Positions 38,577 to 49,152 of a DNA stretch of 64,000 bases are shown piece after piece. This DNA is from an uncultured delta proteobacterium (GTDB taxonomy: Bacteria > Desulfobacterota > Desulfobacteria > Desulfobacterales > UBA2156). The notes under the pieces are model-generated. The model saw nothing but the letters and a program-made list of their open reading frames with translations. It searched no databases and was not told the DNA's origin. The translations under genes and the position numbers were made by a program. The number at the start of each line of letters is the position of its first letter. The stretch's first letter is position 1. The DNA is taken from contig CAVTQK010000015.1 of NCBI GenBank assembly GCA_963736855.1, positions 64,001 to 128,000 of the forward strand, written 5' to 3'.

Positions 38577-41500
38577 ATGAAAAGAAAAATCCTCCAGGAA
38601 GCCATAGCACTGGCGGAGGCTTGGCAGAATCGAGCCAATGAACTCCTGACTCAAGAGGAAAAGGGGATCCAGGAGCAGATGCTGCGGCTGGTGACCCACC
38701 CCATGGACAAGGCGGTCCTGACCCGGCTCATCGATATCAGTTTTCGATCAGAGGACCCCGCACGGGTGGCCGATCAGGTCAGCGCGCTGCTCAAAGCTCA
38801 CGGCGTTCCGGATTTTTTTTCCCGGGTTGAAAAACTCCTGGTCCAGATGTTTTTAGGGTTGGGAAGGTATTTTCCAACCCTTTCGGTTCCCAAGATGATC
38901 GAGAAGATGCGCCAGAGCAGCAGTCGGGCCATCATCCCGGGAGAGCCGGATGTGTTACACGCCCACCTGCAAAAGCGCAAAGAACAGGGCGTCCGGATGA
39001 ATATCAACCACCTCGGAGAAGCCGTGCTTGGAGAAAAGGAAGCCCATACCCGGCTGCTCACCTATTTAAGAGACCTGCAAAACCCGGAAATCGAATATAT
39101 TTCCATCAAGATTTCCACCCTCTTTTCCCAGATCAACCCCCTGGCTTTCGAGGAGACCGTACAAACCATCGTTTCACGCCTATCCCGTCTTTTGGAGATT
39201 GCCGGAAAGAACATCTTTATCCGAAAAGACGGAGCAGCCGTGCCCAAATTCATCAACCTGGATATGGAGGAATATCGGGATCTGAGAATCACTGCCGAAG
39301 CGTTCAGGAAGACGCTGGATCAGGAGGCCTTCCTAAACCATTCGGCCGGCATTGCCCTCCAGGCCTATCTTCCGGACTCCTATTCCATCCAACAGGAACT
39401 AACCGAATGGGCCAGAAACCGGATCAATCGTGGCGGGAACCCCATCAAAATCCGTGTGGTCAAGGGAGCGAACATGGAGATGGAGATGGTGGAGTCCGCC
39501 CTGAGGGACTGGCCGCTGGCGCCTTATGACAATAAACTGGATGTGGATGCCAACTTCAAGAGGATGGTGGAATACGGCCTGCAGCCGGAAAATGCCCGGG
39601 CGGTTCATTTGGGAATCGGATCCCATAATCTCTTCGAACTGGCCTATGCCTATAGGCTGGCCAAAGAAAATGGGGTGACACCTTATTTTTCTTTCGAGAT
39701 GCTGGAGGGAATGGCCGATCATGTTCGCAGGGCCATTGCGGAAAGCCGGGAGGAGTTGGTCCTGTATGCGCCTGTGGCGACCCGGGACCAATTCATCAAT
39801 GCCATTTCGTATCTTATCCGACGCCTGGATGAAAACACGGCTCCGGACAATTTCCTGCGCTACTCCTTTCATCTGGACACCCGATCGGAAGCCTGGGAAA
39901 CATTGAAAAGGCAGTTTATTCAGTCTGTTACCATCCGGGACACGGTTCGATCGGCGCCTCATCGGACTCAAAATCGCCATATCGAAATTCATGACCGGCC
40001 TAAGGGGACGTTCCATGAAAGAATCTTTTCAAATGAACCCGATACCGACTGGTCCCTTTCGGCCAATCAGCAATGGGCGCAATCCATTCGGAAGAAATGG
40101 CAGAAGCAATCCGAAGACCCGGCGGTGGATATCCCTCTCGTTATAGGAGGGCGAGAAATCCATAAGGGCAGCAAGATTCAGGATTGTTTCGATCCCAATG
40201 TATTACCCGAACGTGTCTGCGTGGCTCGATACGCCGCCGCAGATGAAGCCGATATCCTTCAGGCGGTGACCGTAGCCAAGGAAGATCCCGACGGCTGGAG
40301 AGCCTTGTCCGTCGACAAGCGCCATAGGATCCTTTCCGGGGCAGTTTGTGCCCTTCGCCGGGCTAGGGCCGATCTTATCGGCGCGGCCGCCGCCAACACC
40401 GGAAAAGTTTTCACCGAAGCCGACCCCGAGGTGAGTGAGGCCGTCGATTTCGTCGAATATTATCCGCATGCCGTGCAGGCCTTTTCCCGCGTGCCGAACC
40501 TGAAGGCTCGTGGAAAAGGCGTGGGGGTCGTGATCTCTCCATGGAATTTTCCCATCGCCATCCCGGCCGGAGGAATCGCGGCCGCATTGGCAGCCGGAAA
40601 CACGGTTCTTTTCAAACCGGCCTCACCTGCGGTTTTGGTGGCTTGGGAGCTTTGTCAATGTTTCTGGGATGCCGGGGTCTCCCGGAATACCCTTCAGTTT
40701 CTTCCCGGTTCCGGGGATGTGTCCGGAAAAATTTTAACCGGGCATCCGGATGTCGATTTCGTGATTCTGACCGGCGGCACACAGACCGGCCTAGTGATTT
40801 TGCGGCATCGTCCGGATCTGCACCTTGCCGCGGAGACCGGCGGGAAGAACGCCACCATTGTGACCGCCATGTCGGACCGGGATCAGGCAATCGCCCATGT
40901 CGTCCATTCGGCTTTCAGCAACTGCGGGCAGAAATGCAGCGCCACTTCGCTTTTAATTCTGGAAAAAGAGATTTACCGAAGTGAGAAATTCATGGCGCAG
41001 TTGGTGGATGCGGTCACAAGCCTTCCGGTAGGATCGGCCTGGGACTTCACCAGCAAGATGGGCCCGTTGATTCGTCCTCCGGAAGGGGATTTGAAACGAG
41101 CCATGACCCACCTGGAACCGGGGGAATCCTGGGCTCTCAAACCGAAAAACATCGGCGGAAATCCCCATCTATGGACACCGGGAATCAAATACAATGTTCA
41201 ACCCGGTTCCTTTACCCATATGACCGAGTTTTTCGGTCCGGTTCTCGGGGTTATGGAGGCAAAAGATCTAACGGAAGCTATCGAGCTGGTCAACCAGACC
41301 GGCTATGGTCTGACGAGCGGTCTGGAAAGCCTGGACCAACGGGAGCATGAACAATGGAAGAAAGGGATCCGGGCCGGAAATTTATATATCAACCGGGGTA
41401 CCACCGGAGCCGTGGTCCTACGACAGCCGTTCGGCGGGATGGGAAAGTCGGCTTTAGGGGCCGCCATCAAGGTCGGATACGCCAACTATCCGGCCCAGTT

Positions 41501-42173
41501 CATGACGTTTACCGAAACCGGACCGCCGGAAATCGATGCCCTTGAAAAAAGCCATCCTCTGCTTCACGCGGCCCAAAGGCTACAGTCGGCCATCGACTGG
41601 GGGCAGGCCGATGAATCTGCGGATGATCTGAAAAAGACCGTCTGCGCCATCCGCAGTTACCTGTATTGGCAGGAACAGGAGTTTGGAAAGGAGAAGGATT
41701 TTTTTCATCTGAGGGGTCAGGACAACATCCACCGCTACCTACCGGCGGGGGAGGTTGTCATTCGGCTGCACCCTGCCGACACCCTTTTCGAGGCATTAGG
41801 CAGGATTACCGCGTCTCAGATAGCGGGATGCAGGATTTCGGTAAGCATCCCCTCCGGGCTGGAAAACGATGTGACCCGATTTCTTACCGGAAGAAAGGGT
41901 AAGCCGTTTGTCCATCACTGTCCGATTTTTATCGAAAGCGACGAGGAACTGATGGATTCCATGGGGCGGATTCAGCGGATCCGGTATGCGGCAGAAGATC
42001 GAGTTCCCGTGAAGGTTCGTGAGGCAGCAGCGCAAACCGGATTCTATATATCCCGAACCCCGGTCATGATGGAGGGGCGCATCGAGCTGCTCCAGTATGT
42101 GCAAAACCAGAGCATCTGTGATACCTACCATCGGTATGGAAACATCGGGGAGCGGGGCTTGATTGAGGCATGA
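38577..42173 (+). CDS. putA: Bifunctional proline dehydrogenase / P5C dehydrogenase
   Basis: NLDMEE, RVVKGA, YLIRRLDEN; PWNFP, AETGGKN, GQKCSA, EFFGP. Confidence 0.95.
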   Translation: MKRKILQEAIALAEAWQNRANELLTQEEKGIQEQMLRLVTHPMDKAVLTRLIDISFRSEDPARVADQVSALLKAHGVPDFFSRVEKLLVQMFLGLGRYFPTLSVPKMIEKMRQSSSRAIIPGEPDVLHAHLQKRKEQGVRMNINHLGEAVLGEKEAHTRLLTYLRDLQNPEIEYISIKISTLFSQINPLAFEETVQTIVSRLSRLLEIAGKNIFIRKDGAAVPKFINLDMEEYRDLRITAEAFRKTLDQEAFLNHSAGIALQAYLPDSYSIQQELTEWARNRINRGGNPIKIRVVKGANMEMEMVESALRDWPLAPYDNKLDVDANFKRMVEYGLQPENARAVHLGIGSHNLFELAYAYRLAKENGVTPYFSFEMLEGMADHVRRAIAESREELVLYAPVATRDQFINAISYLIRRLDENTAPDNFLRYSFHLDTRSEAWETLKRQFIQSVTIRDTVRSAPHRTQNRHIEIHDRPKGTFHERIFSNEPDTDWSLSANQQWAQSIRKKWQKQSEDPAVDIPLVIGGREIHKGSKIQDCFDPNVLPERVCVARYAAADEADILQAVTVAKEDPDGWRALSVDKRHRILSGAVCALRRARADLIGAAAANTGKVFTEADPEVSEAVDFVEYYPHAVQAFSRVPNLKARGKGVGVVISPWNFPIAIPAGGIAAALAAGNTVLFKPASPAVLVAWELCQCFWDAGVSRNTLQFLPGSGDVSGKILTGHPDVDFVILTGGTQTGLVILRHRPDLHLAAETGGKNATIVTAMSDRDQAIAHVVHSAFSNCGQKCSATSLLILEKEIYRSEKFMAQLVDAVTSLPVGSAWDFTSKMGPLIRPPEGDLKRAMTHLEPGESWALKPKNIGGNPHLWTPGIKYNVQPGSFTHMTEFFGPVLGVMEAKDLTEAIELVNQTGYGLTSGLESLDQREHEQWKKGIRAGNLYINRGTTGAVVLRQPFGGMGKSALGAAIKVGYANYPAQFMTFTETGPPEIDALEKSHPLLHAAQRLQSAIDWGQADESADDLKKTVCAIRSYLYWQEQEFGKEKDFFHLRGQDNIHRYLPAGEVVIRLHPADTLFEALGRITASQIAGCRISVSIPSGLENDVTRFLTGRKGKPFVHHCPIFIESDEELMDSMGRIQRIRYAAEDRVPVKVREAAAQTGFYISRTPVMMEGRIELLQYVQNQSICDTYHRYGNIGERGLIEA

Positions 42174-43138
42174 ATACTTCGGGATTCGAAAAGCATCCGA
42201 GGAAGGGATATATTTTCGTAATCATTGCCGCACTCCTGTGGGGTGTGTCGGGTCCGAGCGCCAAGTTCCTGTTTAATTCCGGCATCACCCCTTTTCAACT
42301 GGTCCAGCTTCGTTTAACCCTTTCGGTGGGAATCCTGTTTGGGGTGCTGGCGGCCTTACGGCCGTCGCTTTTGAGAATATCGATCAAGGACATTTGGTAT
42401 TTTATCTTTTTCGGAACGGTGGGGATGGCCGGCGTCCAGTTTACGTATCTGTATGCTATCAGCAAGATCAATGTGGCGACGGCGGTTCTCCTTCAATACA
42501 TGGCACCTTTTTTCATCGTGATCTATTCCGCCCTGTTCTTGAAGGAGAAACCGAGCCGAGCCACCACCCTGGCGCTGGTGAGCGCCTTCACCGGCTGCTA
42601 TTTAGTGGTCGGCGCCTACAATCTCAGTCTTTTGTCCATGAATCTTTCCGGCGTGTTGAGTGCCATTTTATCGGCCATCGCTTTTGCCTGGTACGGCATT
42701 TACGGGGAATACGGCATGCGGCGGTACGAGCCCTGGACCGTTCTCTTTTTCGCCTTTGTTTTTGCGGCCCTGGTCTGGAATATCGCCCACCCCCCTCTGG
42801 AAGCCTTTTTTCATGAATATACCTGGATCCAGTGGGGCTGGATTCTTTATATCGCCCTTTTCGGAACGCTGGTTCCTTTCGGTTTATACCTGAAAGGGGT
42901 CAATCTCATCCGGGCCGCCCGGGCCGGCATTACCGCCACCCTGGAACCTATTGCGGCCGGCATCCTTTCAGCCGTCTTTTTAAACGAAATCCTTTCCCCA
43001 CTCCAGATATTCGGGGGGGTCCTGGTCATCGCCGCGGTAATCTTGCTTCAGCTCAAGCAGGAGTTTGACGAAAAGGCACCCGCCATCATCCGGGCCAAGG
43101 CTCTGGAATCCGCCGCCCGGTCACAGGAAAACCCCTGA
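42170..43138 (+). CDS. EamA/DMT family transporter
   Basis: Ten TM segments, LLQYMAP, TLEPI. Overlaps the putA stop. Confidence 0.9.
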   Translation: MNTSGFEKHPRKGYIFVIIAALLWGVSGPSAKFLFNSGITPFQLVQLRLTLSVGILFGVLAALRPSLLRISIKDIWYFIFFGTVGMAGVQFTYLYAISKINVATAVLLQYMAPFFIVIYSALFLKEKPSRATTLALVSAFTGCYLVVGAYNLSLLSMNLSGVLSAILSAIAFAWYGIYGEYGMRRYEPWTVLFFAFVFAALVWNIAHPPLEAFFHEYTWIQWGWILYIALFGTLVPFGLYLKGVNLIRAARAGITATLEPIAAGILSAVFLNEILSPLQIFGGVLVIAAVILLQLKQEFDEKAPAIIRAKALESAARSQENP

Positions 43139-43364
43139 AAAGGGGCCGCTGATAACGAAAAACACTGCAAACTTCGATCGTGGATCAGAAATCTTCATCC
43201 TTAATAAGGATATAGATTTTTTGAATCCGCATCGATTCTATCATTTAAAATATCAATTTGACTGATTATTTGTATCGATTTAGAATTTATAACCAGGCGA
43301 ATTCGATTCAAGCATTGGGATCAACCCTTGCGACACAAGGATTCCAGGAAAGAAAAAACGACTC

Positions 43365-44414
43365 ATGAACCCAGAAACCAGGATACGACTGACCACCACG
43401 GTTGCCGGTGCGGGTTGAGCTTCCAAACTGGCTCCAGGGGACCTGGACCGGGCATTGTGCGGCTTGAAATTTCCAACCGATCAAAATGTCATCGTGGGTC
43501 TGGATCGTGCCGATGACGCAGGCGTCTACCGGGTGTCGGAGGATCTGGCTCTTATTCAGACGGTGGATTTTTTGACGCCCGTAGTGGACGATCCGTACGC
43601 GTTTGGACAGATCGCTGCGGCCAACGCACTCAGTGATGTCTACGCCATGGGGGGAACGCCGAAGACCGCCATGAACCTGGTGGCGTTTCCGGCCAAGGAC
43701 ATGAGCCTGGAGATATTGCGCAGCATCCTGGAGGGAGGTATCGACAAGATCAAAGAGGCCGATGTGGTGCTGATCGGCGGGCACAGCATTGAGGACAAGG
43801 AGTTGAAATACGGGCTCTCGGTGACGGGTTTCATTCATCCGAACGCGGTGCTGACGAAAAAGAATCTAAAGGCGGGGGATTGCCTGGTACTAACCAAGCC
43901 CATTGGTACGGGGATTATCAACACGGCCATTAAGGCTGCTATGGCGCCGGAAGACCTTGTAAGGGAAGTTACCCGGATCATGGCGACCCTCAACCGGGGA
44001 GCGGCGGAGACCATGAAGGGATTTGATGTTCATGCGTGCACCGACATTACCGGCTTCGGGCTTTTGGGGCACCTGACGGAAATGATGGACGGATCCGGTA
44101 TGCATGTAAAACTCTTTTCAAACCGGGTGCCTGTAATCCAGGAGACGCTCTCTTTTGCCGCCATGGGGCTGATCCCGGGCGGTGCCCATAAGAACCGGGA
44201 ATTTTTTAAAAAAAGAATTGAGTTTTCCGGTTCCGTGGAGCTTGCGCTCCAGGACGTGCTTTTTGACCCTCAGACCTCCGGAGGGCTGTTGATCAGCCTT
44301 GATGCCGCAAAAGGCCCGATACTGGTCGATGATCTCCGAAACGCAAATATTGCTTCCGCCGCGATCATCGGAGAGGTGACTTCAGACGGACGGGAGATTT
44401 TATCGGTCCTTTAA
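43365..44414 (+). CDS. selD: Selenide, water dikinase, Sec-containing (TGA 43416-43418)
   Basis: MNPETRIRLTTTVAGAG-U-ASKLAP is in frame with the track ORF at 43455; DDAGVY, QTVDF, NALSDVYAMGG, DPQTSGGLL. Confidence 0.95.
43433..43447 (+). promoter_or_regulatory. Candidate bacterial SECIS hairpin
   Basis: TCCAGG-GGA-CCTGGA starts 14 nt after the TGA. Confidence 0.7.
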
Positions 44415-44435
44415 ACATTCGATGGGAAAAATGAC

Positions 44436-45032
44436 ATGAAAGAAATCGATGCGCGGGGCCTGGCCTGTCCGGCCCCGGTATTGCAGACCCGTGCCGCGCT
44501 TCAGGAAGCAAAGCCTGCCGCTGTGAAGGTTAGAGTCGACAACACGGCATCCCAGCAAAATGTCAAACGCTTCCTGGAATCCCAGGGCTTCGAGACGGTT
44601 TTGGAAAAACAGGGGGAAGAATATCTTATCATCGGTCGTTCCAAAGAGGCCCCCATGCCCGGAGAGGCGGCTATCGACCGAAAAGAATCCCAAGCGAAAA
44701 AAATCCTAGTCATGTGCGCCGCCGACCGCATGGGTTCAGGTGACGATATTTTAGGAAAGAAATTGATGGTCAATTTCATCCGAACCCTAAAGGAAATGGG
44801 GCCGGATTTGTGGAGGCTGGTCCTGGTAAACAACGGCGTGAAGCTGGCCATCGAAGGATCCGAGGTTCTGGAGGATTTAAAAAGCCTCGAGCAAGATGGG
44901 CTGAAAATCCTGGTTTGCGGAACCTGCCTCAATCATTTCAACCTGTTGGAAAAAAAACGGGTGGGTGAGACCACCAATATGCTGGATATCATCACCGCTA
45001 TGCAGCTGGCCGATAAGGCGATCAACTTATAG
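44436..45032 (+). CDS. yedF: Selenium metabolism protein YedF-like (TusA/SirA + DsrE domains)
   Basis: IDARGLACPAPV, LVCGTCL, GETTNM; follows selD. Confidence 0.88.
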   Translation: MKEIDARGLACPAPVLQTRAALQEAKPAAVKVRVDNTASQQNVKRFLESQGFETVLEKQGEEYLIIGRSKEAPMPGEAAIDRKESQAKKILVMCAADRMGSGDDILGKKLMVNFIRTLKEMGPDLWRLVLVNNGVKLAIEGSEVLEDLKSLEQDGLKILVCGTCLNHFNLLEKKRVGETTNMLDIITAMQLADKAINL

Positions 45033-45211
45033 CCTGTCAACAAGGCCGGCGCCATTCTTGTAACCCGGGCATTTGTTACGACAATTTTCGTTGCATTTTC
45101 CGGAGCATGACTATAATGCTCTTTTCCGTTTTATTTGGTTGCAGCAGCGGCAACAACGGAAAAATGCTTCAGAAGATCAGCGGCATCTGGGAAAGAGGCC
45201 AGGAGGTAGAA

Positions 45212-46729
45212 ATGGAGAGAATCAGACTCACCGGTTTTGGAGAGAATCAGACCACCCGACAACAGAATGCTCGTGGGCGGGGGGAAGAAGCCCCCTTCGA
45301 ATCGCCCTATTTCAGGGAGGCCAACACCCTGACCCTGGATGTGACTTTCATGTTCGACAGCCCTGAAGGGATTTCCATCCACCGGGAGGACATAGAGGAG
45401 ATTAGGCCAAAGGCCCTGGAAGCAAACCGAATGCTCGAGGAAGGGAAGGGTGACATATGTGACGGCGGTATTCCCATGACCGGATGGAAAGACCTGCCGG
45501 AGAAACTTGATAAAAATCACCTGGAAGAGATCGTCACTGTGGCCAGGACCCTGGGCAGCGAGATAGACGCCTTCGTTTCGCTTGGGATCGGCGGTTCCTA
45601 TCTGGGGCTGGAGGCCACCTTCAGGGCTCTTACGCACACCTATTTCAATCAATTGAGCAGAGAAGAGAGGGGGGGTGCGCCTGAAATCTATTTTCTCGGC
45701 CAGAATATGGACCCCGACTATTTCAGGGACACCATGGACATGCTGGAAGGAAAGCGGATCGCAATCAACGTGATCTCAAAGTCGGGCACAACCACGGAGA
45801 CTGCGATTGCCTTCAGGATCATGCAGCAACTCCTGGAAGGGCATCTCGGGAAAAAAGCCGGCCGGTTCATCCTTGTCACCACGGACCGGCAGAAAGGAGC
45901 CCTTCGAAAGCTTGCTGAAAAGAAAGGCTATCGCACATTCGTCGTTCCGGATGATATCGGCGGGAGGTTCTCGGTCCTGTCCGATGTAGGTCTGGTGGGG
46001 CTTGCCATGGCCAACATCGACATTCGCGAGTTTGCGGCGGGATTCAGGAACATGCGGCTTGCCGCCATGAGGGAGGAGTTCTGGCAAAATCCGGCCCTTG
46101 TGCATGCGGGCATGCGATACGCGGCATGGGCCAAGGGAAAAAAGATCGAGGTGGTGGCGACAAATGCTTTCTCCCTGTATCCCGTGGCAAGATGGATGGA
46201 GCAGCTTTTTCCGGAGAGTGAGGGCCACAGAGGGCAAGGATTGTGGGTATCGCCTTCCCTCTATTCCGAAAAGCTCCATGCCAACGGCCAGATGGTACAG
46301 CAGGGGGAACGGAACATCATCGAAACCTTTTTATTCCTGAAGGAGCATGACAACCGTGTGCGGATTCCGCGGGACGGGGAGGACCCGGACGGCCTCAATT
46401 TCCTTGCGGACAGGGGGCTGGACATGAATTACATAAACGCCAAAGTGGTGGAAGGGCCGGCCTATGCCCATTACCAGGGGGGGGTTCCCAACATGACCCT
46501 GGAGATTCCAAGAAGGAACGCTTACAACATCGGACAACTTTACTACATGATGGAGCGATCCGTGGCCATCAGCGGATACCTCCTCGGCCATAATCCGTTT
46601 ATTCAACCCGGGGTGGAGTCATACAAGACCGCCATATTTGCCCTGATCGGAAAGCCGGGGTACGAAGACAAGGCGAAGAAGATGGAAGAAAGTAAAGCAA
46701 AACTTGAAAGGATCAGGATCCATGCTTGA
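45212..46729 (+). CDS. pgi: Glucose-6-phosphate isomerase (divergent)
   Basis: GIGGSYLG, SKSGTTTE, GGRFSVLS, QPGVESYK. ATG 45212 follows AGGAGG. Confidence 0.88.
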   Translation: MERIRLTGFGENQTTRQQNARGRGEEAPFESPYFREANTLTLDVTFMFDSPEGISIHREDIEEIRPKALEANRMLEEGKGDICDGGIPMTGWKDLPEKLDKNHLEEIVTVARTLGSEIDAFVSLGIGGSYLGLEATFRALTHTYFNQLSREERGGAPEIYFLGQNMDPDYFRDTMDMLEGKRIAINVISKSGTTTETAIAFRIMQQLLEGHLGKKAGRFILVTTDRQKGALRKLAEKKGYRTFVVPDDIGGRFSVLSDVGLVGLAMANIDIREFAAGFRNMRLAAMREEFWQNPALVHAGMRYAAWAKGKKIEVVATNAFSLYPVARWMEQLFPESEGHRGQGLWVSPSLYSEKLHANGQMVQQGERNIIETFLFLKEHDNRVRIPRDGEDPDGLNFLADRGLDMNYINAKVVEGPAYAHYQGGVPNMTLEIPRRNAYNIGQLYYMMERSVAISGYLLGHNPFIQPGVESYKTAIFALIGKPGYEDKAKKMEESKAKLERIRIHA

Positions 46730-46886
46730 CAGCCGGAAGCCCGAACGACTTCGGGCCGATACCTGCAGCAGTCGGGGAAAGCGCCAGCCTTAGAGGACAA
46801 TGCATACCAGAAGGCGCACGGTGCGGCAAAAGGCCGGAGGGTTTCGTTTATAAACGAGGACTCGGTTCCGGCCGTGGCCGAAACAT

Positions 46887-47942
46887 TTACACATTGAACC
46901 GGAAATGGACGATTTCCCCGTCTTGGACCATATATTCTTTCCCTTCAAGCCTCAGGGTGCCGTGCCCCTTGCAGGCTGAAAGCGAACCGGCTGTTTGAAA
47001 ATCCTTGAAGGACACGACCTCGGCACGAATGAACCCGCGTTCGATATCGGAGTGAATTTTTCCGGCCGCCCTTTGAGCATTGGCACCGCACCGGAGGGTC
47101 CATGCTTTGACTTCATCTTCTCCGACCGTGAAAAAGCTGATCAGATTCAGCATACGAAAGGCCGCCTGGATCAGGCGATCTTTGGCCGGTGCCTGAAGAC
47201 CATAATCCTTAAGAAAGTCAGCCTGTTCTCCCGGATCCAAACGACTGATTTCAGCTTCCAGGGTGGTGCATAGAGGCAGGCATTCCACTCCGATTTCCCG
47301 ACACCGCTCCTTCAGCGGCTCAAGCCCTAACCCCTTCAGATTGTCCTCTGCCACATTTGCAACCACGATCAGGGGTTTTCGGGAAACAAAAGAATAAGGC
47401 TGAGCCATCGCCTCCTCTTCCGCTATGAAATCCATTCCCAGAAGAGGGCGGCCTGACTCCAATTGCGATTGGCAGCGGTCCAACCATCTGGATTCAAGGA
47501 GCGAGAGGGTTTTCCCGGCTCGTTTTTCTTTTTCCGCTTTTTGTCGGCGGCGTTCGATCCGCTCCAAATCCGCCAGCACCAAATCGAGCAGGAGCGTCTC
47601 CATTTGGGCCGACGGATCGACCGGCTTTCCCGCATAATCCGTTTCGCCGAATGCCTGAACCACCATTACGAATGCATCGGCTTCGGCTGTGAAAGAACCG
47701 CCGTTTCGGTTTTTCTGCCGGAGTTCCGGATCCACAAAGACGATTTCCGCCGGTGCAAATTTTTTAGGGTTGTAGATATCGTACAGTTGATTAAGCCGGG
47801 GATCCGGGACGTTGGCCGAACCGATCCGGACCTCCCCTTTGTGCACAAAGGACGGGCCGTCGGGGGTTTCCGTCAACGCATCGAAAAGGATGGATTTTCC
47901 GGAGCCCGCCGCGCCGATGAGATGTAAAGACAGCGATGCCAT
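46887..47942 (-). CDS. YchF/DUF933-like P-loop ATPase
   Basis: Canonical YchF C-terminus (FFTVGEDEV.AW, GFIRAEV, EGKEY.VQDG...FRFNV); N-terminal motifs are atypical. Confidence 0.85.
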   Translation of the reverse strand: MASLSLHLIGAAGSGKSILFDALTETPDGPSFVHKGEVRIGSANVPDPRLNQLYDIYNPKKFAPAEIVFVDPELRQKNRNGGSFTAEADAFVMVVQAFGETDYAGKPVDPSAQMETLLLDLVLADLERIERRRQKAEKEKRAGKTLSLLESRWLDRCQSQLESGRPLLGMDFIAEEEAMAQPYSFVSRKPLIVVANVAEDNLKGLGLEPLKERCREIGVECLPLCTTLEAEISRLDPGEQADFLKDYGLQAPAKDRLIQAAFRMLNLISFFTVGEDEVKAWTLRCGANAQRAAGKIHSDIERGFIRAEVVSFKDFQTAGSLSACKGHGTLRLEGKEYMVQDGEIVHFRFNV

Positions 47943-48348
47943 TTTGTTTTTCCCCAATTTTGAAAAAAACGAAACATAGGCATCTTTATGCCGAACGTCA
48001 ACCGGAAAAGGTATCCTGAGAATAGATCAACGGTTTGAACCTGATCCAAAGACCACGGCATGCCGCTGGATACCGATATCCGTTCGGAGAAAAACAGACT
48101 GTATAAAGACACGCCCCAAACCGGTCCAGGGCGACGTGGCAGCTTTGATCCAGCCCAAACCGTTGCGTGGGACAATTCAGCACGACAGTGGCCTGCGTGC
48201 GGATCCACCTTTTTTGTTGTAAAGAATAAACATTTTAGTTGACCAGTGGGGCGAATGGCATTATGTTACAAAATAAGCATCGACAGGACTCCCTAGCGAT
48301 CCGGGTGCTTTAAAGGCTGGATGAAAACATTTTGTAAAGTATGGTATA

Positions 48349-48383
48349 GCCACCACACCCTCCAAAGTGTGGTGGTTTTTTTT
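48349..48383 (+). terminator. Intrinsic terminator-like hairpin in the csp leader
   Basis: GCCACCACAC-cctccaaa-GTGTGGTGGT followed by T8. Confidence 0.75.
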
Positions 48384-48435
48384 GCTGTCGTTGTAGTCCG
48401 CCCTTTTAAAAATATAGGAAAGGAGGATGAAAACG

Positions 48436-48636
48436 ATGATGCAAGGTAAAGTTAAATGGTTTAACGAGCGCAAAGGCTTCGGCTTTATCGAAGCTGACAG
48501 CGGAAGCGATGTGTTTGTGCATTTCAGCGCAATCCAGGATAGCGGCTTCAAAACCCTGCAAGAGGGCCAGTCTGTCAGTTTTGAATTAGAGAACGGGCCG
48601 AAGGGCCCGTCAGCAGCCAATGTAAAGGCTATGTAG
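48436..48636 (+). CDS. Cold-shock protein
   Basis: [28 protein letters not shown] at 48421. Confidence 0.96.
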   Translation: MMQGKVKWFNERKGFGFIEADSGSDVFVHFSAIQDSGFKTLQEGQSVSFELENGPKGPSAANVKAM

Positions 48637-48652
48637 ACCTACCGTTTGAAAC

Positions 48653-48684
48653 GGCGCTCCGGCCCCTTCAGTCGGCGGAGCGCC
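48653..48684 (+). terminator. Hairpin downstream of csp
   Basis: GGCGCTCC...GGAGCGCC with a weak U tract. Confidence 0.45.
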
Positions 48685-48789
48685 CTATCTTCCCTTGATA
48701 TCCGGACGCTCAGTCGTTGATGTTTCGGTCTCTTGTAAAAACTTCACGCCTCGAAGACTCGGATAAATGCCTTAGGAAAGGATCCATCA

Positions 48790-49122
48790 ATGAATAAGAA
48801 GCTTTATATCGGGAACCTGTCAGACGAAGTCACGGAACAGGACCTGAACCATAATTTTTCAACAGTCGGCAAAGTCGTTTCGGTGGCAATTATTAAAGAC
48901 CGGTATACCAACCGAACCAAAGGCTTCGGGTTTGTGGAAATGGAAACCGAGGAGGATGCCCGAAAAGCCATTGAGCAATTCAACGGCGGAGATCTTAGGG
49001 GCAAGATTATTGCCGTCAGCGAAGCCAGAGAAAAGAAGGAACGGGAAGGCGGTTCCGGCAGAGGCGGTCGCCCGGGATCAGGATTTTCCCGAGACCTCGG
49101 CCGAAGGGACAGGAGGCACTAA
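48790..49122 (+). CDS. RRM RNA-binding protein
   Basis: LYIGNL (RNP2), KGFGFVEM (RNP1), Gly/Arg-rich tail. Confidence 0.95.
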   Translation: MNKKLYIGNLSDEVTEQDLNHNFSTVGKVVSVAIIKDRYTNRTKGFGFVEMETEEDARKAIEQFNGGDLRGKIIAVSEAREKKEREGGSGRGGRPGSGFSRDLGRRDRRH

Positions 49123-49152
49123 TGGCAGCGAGGCATCAATTGAAATTGAATT

